From an uncultured Gemmatimonas sp. (GTDB taxonomy: Bacteria; Gemmatimonadota; Gemmatimonadetes; Gemmatimonadales; GWC2-71-9), in the NCBI GenBank assembly GCA_964535105.1, contig CAZHSO010000003.1, forward strand, positions 14,173 to 78,172: a stretch of DNA of 64,000 nucleotides, written 5' to 3'. The notes under the pieces are model-generated. The model made no database searches and was not told where the DNA came from. It saw only the letters and a list, made by a program, of their open reading frames with translations. The position numbers and the translations under genes were made by a program. The stretch's first letter is position 1. Each line of letters opens with the position of its first letter. This document shows positions 35,042 through 44,673 of this stretch, piece by piece.

Positions 35042-36447
35042 CGGAACACCAGGTCGGTGAAGATGGTCTGACCGCTTCGCTCGAAGTAGATCCGGAAGGC
35101 CTGGTCGGCGCGACTCGCCTCGAGCACATCGGCGAACTGTTTCGCATCCGTGACCAGCGAGCGGTTGATCGCGAGAATGACGTCTCCTTCGCGCAGGCCG
35201 GTTCCCCGGGCCACATCGTCGGTCACCCGGACGATCAGCGCCCCCCGCGGCGCGCGCAGGCCGCGCTCGGCCTGAATCGCCGCGGTGACAGTGACCACCT
35301 CGAGGCCCCGCAGCACGGTGATCTTGGTGGCGGTGCTGGTCGGCAGATCACCGGTGGTGAACTCGCGGGCCTCACTCCCCGAGCCGCGCTTGACGCGAAC
35401 CGACACCTTGTCGCCCACGTGGAGGTCCAGCTTCACCGCCTCCCAGTCGAGATAGTTCCGAAGCCTTCGTCCGTTCGCCTCGATGAGGATGGTGCCTTCG
35501 GAGATGCCGCCGCGCGCCGCAGGCCCGTTGGCCGCCACGCGCGTCACGGTGACGCCCCCCTGGCTCTTCCAGTCCTGCATGGCGCTCGGGCCCGCCACCT
35601 CGAGCCCGGTCCACGCGCGCTGCATCGTGCCGGTGCGGAGCAGCTCGTCGGCGACGCGCATCGCGCGCTCGATCGGAATGGCGAAGCCAAGGCCGATCGA
35701 TCCGCTGCTGCCGCCCCCGCCGGTGAAGATCGAGGAATTGACCGCGACCACCTCGCCGAGCGCGTTGGCGAGCGGACCCCCTGAGTTGCCGGGGTTGATC
35801 GCGGCGTCCGTCTGGATCATGTCCAGGTAAAGACCCGGCTGCTCTCCATTGGGAAGAATATTGCGGTGGGTCGCGCTGACGACGCCTGCGGTCACCGACG
35901 GCTCGCTGTTGCCCAGGAGAAATGCGTATGGGTTGCCCAGCGCGACGACCCACTCGCCGATCAGCAGGTCGGTGCTCCGGCCGAGCGCAACGACGGGAAG
36001 GGCACGCCGGTCGATTCGCACCACGGCGATATCGGTGGTGGGATCCTCCCCGACCAGCGTTCCGGCGAGATCGGTGCCGTCGGGGAGCGTCACCGTGATT
36101 GTTTCGGCCCCCGCGACCACGTGCTGGTTGGTGATGATGACGCCGTCCGACTTCACGATGAAGCCCGTGCCGGAGCTGGGCAACAGTTGCTCGGTCTCGC
36201 GCGGAATGAAGAAAAAATCCCAGGGACTGCGCTCGGTGACCCGGCGCCGGGAGGACACGGTGATGGACACGACGGCGGGGGAGAGCCGGCTCGCGGCATC
36301 GACGACGGCAGTGCGCCGGGAAGTGGTGAGCGCGGAATTCTCGGCGGTTCGCTGTGCGCTCGCCGGGGGGATCAGCCCGTCGTTGGCAGTCTTGCAGGCG
36401 GCGGTCGCCGCGGCGAGGGCGAGGGCGAGGAGGCGGGGGCGACTCAC
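35038..36447 (-). CDS. htrA: HtrA/DegP-family serine endoprotease with PDZ domains (lipoprotein-type signal)
   Basis: GNSGGPL catalytic Ser motif with PDZ-like C-terminal halves. GTG at 36447 (VSRPRLLALALAAATAAC) forms a GTGA overlap with the truA stop. The longer track ORF, which overlaps truA, was rejected. Confidence 0.85.
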   Translation of the reverse strand: MSRPRLLALALAAATAACKTANDGLIPPASAQRTAENSALTTSRRTAVVDAASRLSPAVVSITVSSRRRVTERSPWDFFFIPRETEQLLPSSGTGFIVKSDGVIITNQHVVAGAETITVTLPDGTDLAGTLVGEDPTTDIAVVRIDRRALPVVALGRSTDLLIGEWVVALGNPYAFLLGNSEPSVTAGVVSATHRNILPNGEQPGLYLDMIQTDAAINPGNSGGPLANALGEVVAVNSSIFTGGGGSSGSIGLGFAIPIERAMRVADELLRTGTMQRAWTGLEVAGPSAMQDWKSQGGVTVTRVAANGPAARGGISEGTILIEANGRRLRNYLDWEAVKLDLHVGDKVSVRVKRGSGSEAREFTTGDLPTSTATKITVLRGLEVVTVTAAIQAERGLRAPRGALIVRVTDDVARGTGLREGDVILAINRSLVTDAKQFADVLEASRADQAFRIYFERSGQTIFTDLVFR

Positions 36448-37208
36448 GCGAAGCACTCCGCGGGATACTCCGCCGCGACGAAGTACAGTCCCCGCGCGGG
36501 AGCGGGCGGGGAGGTGGTCACATTGGACTCGAGGCCAAGCAATCGGTGCATGTCGCTCAGCGCGCGTCGTCCGAGGCCGATGTCCACCATCGTACCCACC
36601 AGCATTCGGACCATGTGGTGAAGGAAGCGGTCGGCGGCGATGTCGAACATCACGCCCTGGCTCTCCGGCCGTTTCGACCACTGGGCGGCGCGGATACGAC
36701 AGCGTTTGTGGGCACGGGGAGAGCTCCGGACGCTGAAGGCGTGGAAATCGTGCTCACCTCCGAGCGCTACCGCCGCGGCCGCGAGGGCGTCGTGATCGAG
36801 GGGCCGGGACACCGCCCACTCATATCGCCGGCGGAAAGGCGATGCGGCGCCGGAGTCGGTGCCGATGAGATAGCGGTAGCGCCGGCCGGCCGCGGAGGTC
36901 CGTGCGTGAAATCCCGGCTGCATCTCTTGCACCGCTTCCGTCCAGCAATCGTCCGGCAGGAGCGCGTTGAGGGCCCGGTGGAGGGCCGCGGCTGTCCAGC
37001 GCTCCGGCATGGTGCAGCTGACTGCCAGTCCGAGGGCGTGCACTCCCGCATCGGTCCGCCCGGCGGCATGGGCCCGCACCGGGAGCTTCGCGAGGCGCCC
37101 CAACACCTCTTCGAGCACCGCCTGCACCGTGCGCCCTTCGGCCTGTCGCTGCCACCCGGCGAACCCCCCGCCGTCGTAGTGCAGCGTGACCAGAAAGGTG
37201 CGCGCCAT
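36444..37208 (-). CDS. truA: tRNA pseudouridine(38-40) synthase
   Basis: Catalytic Asp motif GRTDAGVHA. 254 aa. Confidence 0.92.
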   Translation of the reverse strand: MARTFLVTLHYDGGGFAGWQRQAEGRTVQAVLEEVLGRLAKLPVRAHAAGRTDAGVHALGLAVSCTMPERWTAAALHRALNALLPDDCWTEAVQEMQPGFHARTSAAGRRYRYLIGTDSGAASPFRRRYEWAVSRPLDHDALAAAAVALGGEHDFHAFSVRSSPRAHKRCRIRAAQWSKRPESQGVMFDIAADRFLHHMVRMLVGTMVDIGLGRRALSDMHRLLGLESNVTTSPPAPARGLYFVAAEYPAECFA

Positions 37209-37265
37209 TACGCGAAAATTTAGTCGTGCGCCGGGGTTACGGCAAAGGGAGTCGCGACTGCCTCG

Positions 37266-37874
37266 CTAATAACGCCGGATGACTCCCACGACCACGCCCT
37301 GAATCATGATGTCATTCTCGGGAAATCGGAGCGGCTGCATGGTGGGATTGGCAGGCTGCAGGCGAACCCAGCCACCGGGCTCGCGAAAGAACTTCTTGAC
37401 GGTGGCTTCCGAGCCGTTGACCAGCGCGATGACCATCTCGCCGTTGTCGGCGGTCTGGCGGCCGTGGACGACCACGAAATCTCCATCGACGATGTGCTCG
37501 TCAATCATGGAATCGCCCCGGACCCGGAGCGCGTAATTCGGTCCGCGGGCGGGCAGCATCGCGTCCGGAACGGGAAGAGTCTCCTGATGGAGGACCGCCT
37601 CGATGGGCATGCCGGCGGCCACCACCCCGAGCAGCGGGATTTCCGTGGCGCCGCTCATCCCCTTGGGCGGGAGGACCTCGATGGAGCGGCTCTCGTTGTA
37701 GCTGCGGCGGATGTACCCCTTTCGCTCCAGGTTGGTGAGATGCTCGTGAACGGTTGCCAGAGACTGAAAGGAAAAGTGCTCCGCGATTTCTTCGAAGCTC
37801 GGCGCGAAGCCCCGGGCTTGGATATGGCCCTCGAGGTAACTGAGGATTTCCCTTTGCCGCTTGGTGAGGGGCAT
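37266..37874 (-). CDS. lexA: LexA repressor
   Basis: MPLTKRQREILSYL wHTH N-terminus. A-G cleavage context VVAAGMP. S24 peptidase Ser (VRGDSM) and Lys (EATVKKF). Confidence 0.93.
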   Translation of the reverse strand: MPLTKRQREILSYLEGHIQARGFAPSFEEIAEHFSFQSLATVHEHLTNLERKGYIRRSYNESRSIEVLPPKGMSGATEIPLLGVVAAGMPIEAVLHQETLPVPDAMLPARGPNYALRVRGDSMIDEHIVDGDFVVVHGRQTADNGEMVIALVNGSEATVKKFFREPGGWVRLQPANPTMQPLRFPENDIMIQGVVVGVIRRY

Positions 37875-38063
37875 GGCCGGACGGTCCTCGGTGATTGGAG
37901 CCCGATGGCGCGCATTACCCAAAAGGACACCATAACGTAACCGAACAAGTCCCGAAAATCAACTAGACACTTCCGGTGCTGCCTAGTGCCTTAACCCCCA
38001 GTCCCATACTATGTTGCACCTGACTCTACCCTCGGCCCCGCTCTCCTACGCTGAGGTCCGCAC

Positions 38064-39752
38064 GTGACGATTCCAACCGGATCAGAACTCGCGCTCCCTG
38101 CGACGCAGGTAGAGGAGCTGATGCGGACTATTGTCAAGGGCCTTCGGGCCTTCCAGATGTACCTCCCCAACAATCCGGTCTACCAGCGCGCGGAGCAGGC
38201 GATCCGCAACGCCTTCGTCCCGGTCTGGTCCTCCACCCAGCAGCTCGCCCTGACGATCGTCGAGACCGACATCACCTGGGAGGAACAGGTGGTGTACCGG
38301 CAGCCCAGCAAGCACGACAGCTTTGCCTGGATGCTGTACAAGGACGGAATGCGGCATCTCACCATCCGCCCGGGCGTGGAGGACGAGGAGCTGGTCCGCT
38401 TCCTCCACGTCGTCACCCGGGCTCGGATGCTCGCGAGCGACGCCGGGGACGACCTGCTGACGCTTCTTTGGGAGCAGGATTTTCAGTGCATCGAGTATCA
38501 GTTCGCCGAGATCATTACCGACTCACTCGTCGTGCTCGATCCGCAGGCGGTCGATCTCGCGATGCAGCAGGATCCCGTCGCCCAGCAGGCCGTCAAGGAA
38601 GAGGTTCGGACCGATGCGGCGGATCGCGCGGGCGCGGTCGATCTGGATGATTTCGATTCCACGCTCTATTTCCTGGAGGAGAACGAGACCGCCACCCTCA
38701 GGCGACAGGTCGAGGAGGAATACACCCGCGACGCCAGGAAGGCGGCGCTCGATGTACTGCTCGACACCTTCGAGACCCAGCCCGTCACCATGGTGCGGGA
38801 GGAAATCCTCGGCATCCTGGACGGACTCTTCCCGAACCTCCTCACCCGAGGAGAGTTCCGCACCGTGGCCGGCCTTCTCCGGGAGTTCCGCACGATCTCG
38901 CAGCGAGTCGCCGTCCTGGAACCGGGGGTACGCGACCACCTGCTCTCCTTCCAGACCCGTCTCAGCGAGCCGACGATCCTTTCCCAGCTGCTGCAGTCGC
39001 TGGAGGAGTCGTCGGCGCTGCCCGAGGATGAGGACGTCGGCGAGGTCCTTGGCGAGCTCCACGCCGAGGGGCTCGAGACGATGCTCACCTTCCTCCCGGC
39101 GCTCAAGCGGCCGGCGATCCGCACGATTCTCGAGGCATCGGTGGATCGCCTGGCGGCGGTCAACACCGGCATTCTGCTCTCGATTCTCAATAACAGCGAT
39201 TCGAGTGCCCTCCCCGGGGCGGTGGCCGTCTGCAAGCGGCTCAATCTCCAGATCGCGGTGCCGTCGCTTGACCGCCTCGTGTCGCATGGCGATGCGGTGG
39301 TACGGCTCGGAGCGGTCGAGACCCTGGGGCACATCGGTTCCGCCGGCGCGATGGCGGGGTTGGAACGGGCGGTGGACGATCCGGACCGATCGGTCCGCAT
39401 GGCGGCGCTGTCCTCGGTCATGGCGAAGGGGTATCGGGCGGCGCTTCGGCGCTTGGAGGCGGTGGTTCAGGGCCGGGGCCCTAACGAGCTGGAGCGCGCC
39501 GAGCGCCGACAGTTTTTCGAGGCGTACGCCGTCGTGGCGGGCCCGGCGTCGCTCCCGGTCCTCCTCGAAATCCTCGAGCCCAAGCGGCTGTTCCGGCGGA
39601 AAGTGAATTCCGAGACCCGTACCTGCGCCGCGTATGCGATTGCGAGGCTGCAGAATGCCGACGCCCGCGCCGTGCTGGAGCGGATCCAGCAGGACAAGGA
39701 CCTCCCGGTTCGCAACGCCGCCGTGCGGGCGCTCCGGGAATGGCCGGCATGA
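38064..39752 (+). CDS. HEAT-repeat protein with an N-terminal module shared with the downstream HD-GYP protein
   Basis: GTG start with GAGG 5-9 nt upstream. The C-terminal third carries HEAT/PBS-lyase-like repeats (DPDRSVRMAALSSV, DKDLPVRNAAVRAL). The N-terminal ~120 aa resemble the N-terminus of the next gene. Confidence 0.7.
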   Translation: MTIPTGSELALPATQVEELMRTIVKGLRAFQMYLPNNPVYQRAEQAIRNAFVPVWSSTQQLALTIVETDITWEEQVVYRQPSKHDSFAWMLYKDGMRHLTIRPGVEDEELVRFLHVVTRARMLASDAGDDLLTLLWEQDFQCIEYQFAEIITDSLVVLDPQAVDLAMQQDPVAQQAVKEEVRTDAADRAGAVDLDDFDSTLYFLEENETATLRRQVEEEYTRDARKAALDVLLDTFETQPVTMVREEILGILDGLFPNLLTRGEFRTVAGLLREFRTISQRVAVLEPGVRDHLLSFQTRLSEPTILSQLLQSLEESSALPEDEDVGEVLGELHAEGLETMLTFLPALKRPAIRTILEASVDRLAAVNTGILLSILNNSDSSALPGAVAVCKRLNLQIAVPSLDRLVSHGDAVVRLGAVETLGHIGSAGAMAGLERAVDDPDRSVRMAALSSVMAKGYRAALRRLEAVVQGRGPNELERAERRQFFEAYAVVAGPASLPVLLEILEPKRLFRRKVNSETRTCAAYAIARLQNADARAVLERIQQDKDLPVRNAAVRALREWPA

Positions 39753-41212
39753 CCGAGGATCTCTCCCATCCTTCACGCCCCGGCACGGGGGACGAAGGCT
39801 TCATCCGGGCCGTCGGCCGGACCTTCCTCCTCACATTTTACGCCGCGCTTCGGGCCCTCAAGCTCTATCCGGTCGAGAACACCACCGTGCAGAAGGCGCT
39901 CGACGAGCTGCAAGGCGCGGCGACGGCGGTCCTGCACCGGGAGTCCGAGCTCGAGCTTCGGCTCGCCGGCGACTTCCTCTTCATCAACGGGACCCGGCTG
40001 CGTCTCGAGCTCGACAACTTCGCAGCCTTCAGCAATCTGCTCACCACCCTCCGCGCGTTCGACATCGGCGTCTTCCGGACGCACGTCGGGGTCGAGCGCC
40101 GCGAGTGGCAGGCGCTGCTCAGCATCCTGCTCAGCATCTCCGGCGATTCCGCCGTCGAGGACCGCTACATCGCGCTGGTCGAGCGGCTGGGCCAGGCCAA
40201 CACCCCCCACATCGAATTCGAGCCGGTCTCCGCGGTCACCGAGGAGCTGAACGCCCAGGAGGCGCGCGAGGTCGCCAAGCGCACCTACGCGCAGGGCGTG
40301 GCGGTCACCAAGGAGGTGGTCAACAGCATCCGGATGGGGCGGACCAGCAGCGTCAAGAAGGTGAAGCGCGCCGTGCAGATGATCGTGGACCAGGTGCTCA
40401 CCAACGAGACCTCGATCATGGGGCTCACCACGCTGCGCGACTACGACGAGTACACGTTTACCCACTCGGTCAACGTCTGCATCTTCTCGGTGGCGCTGGG
40501 CCGGAAAATCGGACTCACCAAGCTGCAGCTCTACGACCTCGGCATGACCGCGCTGCTGCACGACATCGGAAAGGCCAAGATCCCGATCGAGATTCTGAAC
40601 AAGACCCACGGTCTCACGGAGGACGAATGGCGGGTCATCCAGGCGCATCCCTGGCGCGGCGCCATGACGCTGTTCGGGCTCCGGGCCTACGAGGAAATTC
40701 CGTACAAGTCGATTCTCGTGGCGCAGGAGCACCACATGAAGACCGATCTGACCGGTTACCCGCGCGCCATCCGGCCGCGCAGCCTGGGTATTTTCTCGCG
40801 CCTGGTCGCGGTGGCCGACGGGTTCGACGCCGCCACCACCCGGCGCGTCTACCAGACGGTGCCGATCGAACCCGACCAGGTGCTGCGGGAGATGTGGACC
40901 AACCCGCGCCGGGGGTATGATCCGGTCGTGGTCAAGGCGCTCATCAACCTGATCGGCGTGTATCCGATCGGCACGTGCGTCATTCTCGACACTTTCGAGG
41001 TGGGAATCGTGGCCCAGGCCAATCCCGATCGCGAGATGCTGAACCGCCCGGTGATTCGCATCGCGATCGATCCCACCGGTGGCGCCCTCACTCCTCCCGG
41101 CCTGGCGGTCGACCTCACCGAGCGCGGCTCGGATGGGAACTTCCTCCGGTCCATCGTAAAGGTCACCAACCCGGACCGGTACAGTCTCACGGTGGGCGAC
41201 TATTTCCTCTGA
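39749..41212 (+). CDS. HD-GYP domain cyclic-di-GMP phosphodiesterase
   Basis: HD motif LLHDIGK and GYP motif [11 protein letters not shown]. The ATG at 39749 gives an ATGA overlap with the upstream stop; the ATG at 39740 is also in frame. Confidence 0.85.
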   Translation: MTEDLSHPSRPGTGDEGFIRAVGRTFLLTFYAALRALKLYPVENTTVQKALDELQGAATAVLHRESELELRLAGDFLFINGTRLRLELDNFAAFSNLLTTLRAFDIGVFRTHVGVERREWQALLSILLSISGDSAVEDRYIALVERLGQANTPHIEFEPVSAVTEELNAQEAREVAKRTYAQGVAVTKEVVNSIRMGRTSSVKKVKRAVQMIVDQVLTNETSIMGLTTLRDYDEYTFTHSVNVCIFSVALGRKIGLTKLQLYDLGMTALLHDIGKAKIPIEILNKTHGLTEDEWRVIQAHPWRGAMTLFGLRAYEEIPYKSILVAQEHHMKTDLTGYPRAIRPRSLGIFSRLVAVADGFDAATTRRVYQTVPIEPDQVLREMWTNPRRGYDPVVVKALINLIGVYPIGTCVILDTFEVGIVAQANPDREMLNRPVIRIAIDPTGGALTPPGLAVDLTERGSDGNFLRSIVKVTNPDRYSLTVGDYFL

Positions 41213-41216
41213 TTCC

Positions 41217-43301
41217 GTGGCTCCCGACCTTTCAAGCCCGCTGCTCGGACGCTACGCCCGCGCGCTCTCGATCGCGGGCCCGGCACTCGTCATCGCGACT
41301 GCCCTGGTGGACGATCGGTGGACCGAGCACCCGATGGCTCTGGTCCTCGTCTTCCTCTCGGTGGCGCTCCTCCGGGTCGCCCCGGTGCGCTTGGGCAAAT
41401 TCTCCTACCTCACCCAGATCGGGATTCCCGCCCTCGTCGCCGCGATCTCCATGCCGCCGTCGGTCGCCCTCTTGGGACTCGCCGGCGGGGTCTTCCTGGC
41501 GGACCTTGCCTGGACCCGCAAGCCGTTCCAGGTAGCGTCGGTCAATGCCGGCCGGGAAGCGCTTGCCTTCGCCGTCGCGTACGGATTCTACGCGCTGGCG
41601 CTCTCGGTGAGCGGCGCGCGCGCCATCTCGCTCGATTTCATGGCGCCGTTCGTCGTGCTCGCGGGCACCTATTTCGCGTTGACCCGCGTGCTGTTCTATC
41701 TGTCGCTGATCATGCGGGGCAAGCTCGAGGTGGAAGAGCGGCTGTTCATTCTGCGCTGGGAGATCATCGCCTTTCTGATGACCTTGCTCGGCGCCGCCAT
41801 CATCATCTGGGCGCTGACGCAGCTGACCCCCGCCGGATGGATCGTCGTCGCCTCGGCCCTCGCGGTCTCGGGCCTGGTCACCCGCACGCTGCTGGAAGAG
41901 GCCATCTCCGCCGAGGATCTGAACAAGGTCCACACGATGCTGGGGACGATCACCAGCAACCTGAGCCTGCGCGCCTCCTTCGAGCAGATCGAGCAGCTCG
42001 CCTACCGGCTTCTCGACTGGGGCGACTTCCGGATTTACCGCGCCGGAAGCGAGCGCTCCGCGCTGGCGTACCGCGCGCAACGGGGGCGGCCGAACCGGAT
42101 CGCGCCGGACCCGGGACTCGAGTTGGTGCGCAGCCGCGTCCTCGATCACGGGGAACCGCTGGTCATCGACGACACCATGCGGGAGCAGGTGCTGCAGTAT
42201 CCCGACCCCGCGGTGCGCACCATCGCCTTTCATCCGCTGCGTTCCGCCGACCGGGTGATCGGGACGCTGGAGCTCGAGCACCACAAGCGCCATCACTACC
42301 GGGCCCACGACCGGTCGGCCATGAAGGCGATCGCGGGCCAGATCTCGACCGCGATCCAGATCGCCGAGCTGCGACGGCCTCTCCTCGAGACCGTCGAGAA
42401 AATCGGGGGCCAGATCAACGCCCTCGCGCGCGCCGCTAACTCCCTGCGATCCTCCGCGCTGGCGCTGCAACTGGCGTCGGAAAACATGCGGCGCGATGCG
42501 TCGAGCCAGGAATCGTTCGCGCGGACCGGCCTCGAAGCGACCGCGGAGCTCGGCCGGCTCGCGGAGGCCGCCGCGGAGGCCGGGGCCCATGCCGCACGCG
42601 TCAGCGCCGACGCCGCGGATGCGGCCGCCAAGCACCGGGAGGAAATCGAAGTCGCGGTGGACCGGCTCGTGCACGTGCAGGCGTTCGTCGCCGACAGCTC
42701 GCGCTCGGTGGCGGCCCTCGGCGCAACCACCGGCGGGATTCGCGCGTTCCTCACGTCGATTCAGGAAATTGCCGAGCTCACCAACGTCATCGCGCTCAAC
42801 GCCTCGATCGAAGCCCACCGCGCCGGGAAGTCGGGGCGGGGCTTCGCGGTCGTCGCGGAGGAGATCCGCCAGCTCGCGATGCAGAGCGCCGCCGCGGGCG
42901 CCGATGCCAGCCGCCTGGTGAGCGACATCTCACGCGAAGTCTCCGGCATCGCCACCCAGATGGAGCGCGGTGAGCAGCTGGTCGAGGACGTCGGCGAGCT
43001 GTCGGGAGATACCGCGCGCGCGCTCGATGCGATCGTGCGGGCCACCCAGGAAGCCGGCACCCAATCGCGGGCGATCGCCGAATCGGAGGTGGCGCACGAG
43101 GCTGCCAGCCGCCGTCTTTCGGCGCAGATCCGCCAGCTTGCCGACGCGGCGCTCCGGGCGCGGGGACAGACTGAATCGCTCGCGCGCGAAGCCGGCGAAG
43201 CAACCCGGGGCCAGGCGGAGCTGGAGGCGGCGATCGGGCAGCTGGAGCGAGTGGCGGGGGAGCTTCGGGGCATCGCGCGCCACTTCGCCGTCGAGGGATG
43301 A
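41217..43301 (+). CDS. Polytopic membrane protein with GAF domain and methyl-accepting chemotaxis protein (MCP) signalling domain
   Basis: About 8 predicted TM helices, then a GAF-like region, then the MCP hairpin-tip signature [36 protein letters not shown] saw no HAMP domain and no che genes in the window. Confidence 0.8.
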   Translation: MAPDLSSPLLGRYARALSIAGPALVIATALVDDRWTEHPMALVLVFLSVALLRVAPVRLGKFSYLTQIGIPALVAAISMPPSVALLGLAGGVFLADLAWTRKPFQVASVNAGREALAFAVAYGFYALALSVSGARAISLDFMAPFVVLAGTYFALTRVLFYLSLIMRGKLEVEERLFILRWEIIAFLMTLLGAAIIIWALTQLTPAGWIVVASALAVSGLVTRTLLEEAISAEDLNKVHTMLGTITSNLSLRASFEQIEQLAYRLLDWGDFRIYRAGSERSALAYRAQRGRPNRIAPDPGLELVRSRVLDHGEPLVIDDTMREQVLQYPDPAVRTIAFHPLRSADRVIGTLELEHHKRHHYRAHDRSAMKAIAGQISTAIQIAELRRPLLETVEKIGGQINALARAANSLRSSALALQLASENMRRDASSQESFARTGLEATAELGRLAEAAAEAGAHAARVSADAADAAAKHREEIEVAVDRLVHVQAFVADSSRSVAALGATTGGIRAFLTSIQEIAELTNVIALNASIEAHRAGKSGRGFAVVAEEIRQLAMQSAAAGADASRLVSDISREVSGIATQMERGEQLVEDVGELSGDTARALDAIVRATQEAGTQSRAIAESEVAHEAASRRLSAQIRQLADAALRARGQTESLAREAGEATRGQAELEAAIGQLERVAGELRGIARHFAVEG

Positions 43302-43714
43302 ACGGCTCCCGCGTGTACGTGGCGCTCGGAAGCAATCTGGGTGACCGGGAAGCACACCTCGCCTTCGCACGCGAACGACTCGCCGGCTTGCCGGGCACCG
43401 CGCTCCTGGGTGCCTCCGCCATCGAAGAAACTGCTCCCCTCGGCGGTCGCGCCCAGCCGCCGTATCTCAACCAGATGATCGCGCTCGACACCACGCTCAC
43501 GCCGCGCGCCCTGCTCGCTGCCTGCCACCGGATCGAGGGCAAAGCGGGCCGCCGGCGCCGGGAGCGGTGGGAGTCGCGTACGCTCGATCTCGATCTCGTC
43601 CGGTACGCCGGCGTGGTGATGGACGAGCCCGGGCTCACGCTACCGCATCCCGCGCTGGGAGACCGCCCGTTCTGGAGTGCGGAGCTGGAGGAGCTCGCGC
43701 GCATGGGCTGGTGA
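43298..43714 (+). CDS. folK: 2-amino-4-hydroxy-6-hydroxymethyldihydropteridine diphosphokinase
   Basis: [13 protein letters not shown]-terminus, [14 protein letters not shown] and LPHP motifs. ATGA overlap with the MCP-domain gene. Confidence 0.88.
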   Translation: MNGSRVYVALGSNLGDREAHLAFARERLAGLPGTALLGASAIEETAPLGGRAQPPYLNQMIALDTTLTPRALLAACHRIEGKAGRRRRERWESRTLDLDLVRYAGVVMDEPGLTLPHPALGDRPFWSAELEELARMGW

Positions 43715-43717
43715 CGG

Positions 43718-44287
43718 GTGCCGATACCCCCCGGGCTTCCCGACGCGCTGCCGTCCTGGGCACACGTGCGTCCCAAGCGCCTCGCCCATATCGAGCGCGT
43801 GGCGGAGCTCATGGCGCGATGGGGCGCCGAGATGCGCCTGCCCGCCGCGGAGCACGCCCGCTGGCTCCGGGCCGCCTGGCTTCACGATGCGCTCCGGGAT
43901 GCCGCGCCGGAGGAGCTGGCCCAATGGGCTGCGGGCATCGAGGGCCCGGTCAAGCTCCTGCACGGCCCCGCCAGTGCCTCGCGCGCGGAAGCCGAGGGAG
44001 AAACCGATCGCGGCGTGCTGGATGCCGTGCGCTATCACTCGGTGGGCTTTGCGGAGTGGGATATGCCGGGGCGCGCGCTCTACTGCGCCGATTTCCTCGA
44101 GCCGGGGCGATCCTTTGATCGGGTGGGTCGCGCGGCGCTCGCCACTCGGTTTCCCGTCGATCCGCGCGGAGTGCTGTACGAGGTCGCCCGTCGCCGCCTG
44201 GCATACTCGATCGAGTTCGGCTGGATGATCCCCGAGCCCACATTCCGGTTTTGGAACAGCCTCGTCATTCCCTCCGCCGCGGAGTAA
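43718..44287 (+). CDS. HD-domain phosphohydrolase (YqeK-like)
   Basis: RLAHIERVAELM...AAWLHDALRD HD motif. 189 aa with a GTG start 3 nt after the folK stop. Confidence 0.6.
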   Translation: MPIPPGLPDALPSWAHVRPKRLAHIERVAELMARWGAEMRLPAAEHARWLRAAWLHDALRDAAPEELAQWAAGIEGPVKLLHGPASASRAEAEGETDRGVLDAVRYHSVGFAEWDMPGRALYCADFLEPGRSFDRVGRAALATRFPVDPRGVLYEVARRRLAYSIEFGWMIPEPTFRFWNSLVIPSAAE

Positions 44288-44673
44288 TGCGGATCGTGCT
44301 CGCCGCGATGGCGGGTGCAAGCGGCTTCTCCGGCTGCTCGGATGCCGGAGAACCTCGGACCGCGCGGCCCGTCCCCGGGGGGGAGCGCATCGTGGTGGAG
44401 GTGCTGAACGGGTCGGGGCGCCGTGGGCTGGCGCGCGCCGCGACCCGGGTGCTGCGTCAGGCAGGCTTTGATGTGGTCTACTTCGGGAATGTGAGCCGGA
44501 GCGTCGGCGTGACGCAGGCACTCGCTCGGCGCGGCGATTCCGCGGCGGCGGTGCGGGTTGCCCGCGCCCTCGGAGCGACCCAGGTTCGGGTGGCCACCGA
44601 CACTCTGCTTCGCGTGGATGTGACCGTGCTCCTCGGGGGCGACTACCGACCGCCACCGGGATTGCGACCCTAG
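44287..44673 (+). CDS. LytR_C-domain lipoprotein
   Basis: Lipobox-like ASGFSGC, then VVEVLNGSGRRGLARAATRVLRQAGFDVVYFGN, typical of the LytR C-terminal domain. TAATG junction with the preceding gene. Confidence 0.6.
   Translation: MRIVLAAMAGASGFSGCSDAGEPRTARPVPGGERIVVEVLNGSGRRGLARAATRVLRQAGFDVVYFGNVSRSVGVTQALARRGDSAAAVRVARALGATQVRVATDTLLRVDVTVLLGGDYRPPPGLRP

Noticed and set aside
37209-37265. A terminator or promoter between lexA and truA that would separate lexA from the downstream 12-gene block.
   Set aside because: I saw no convincing stem-loop or -35/-10 pair in the 57-nt spacer, so I cannot decide whether lexA is co-transcribed. This is left open rather than annotated.
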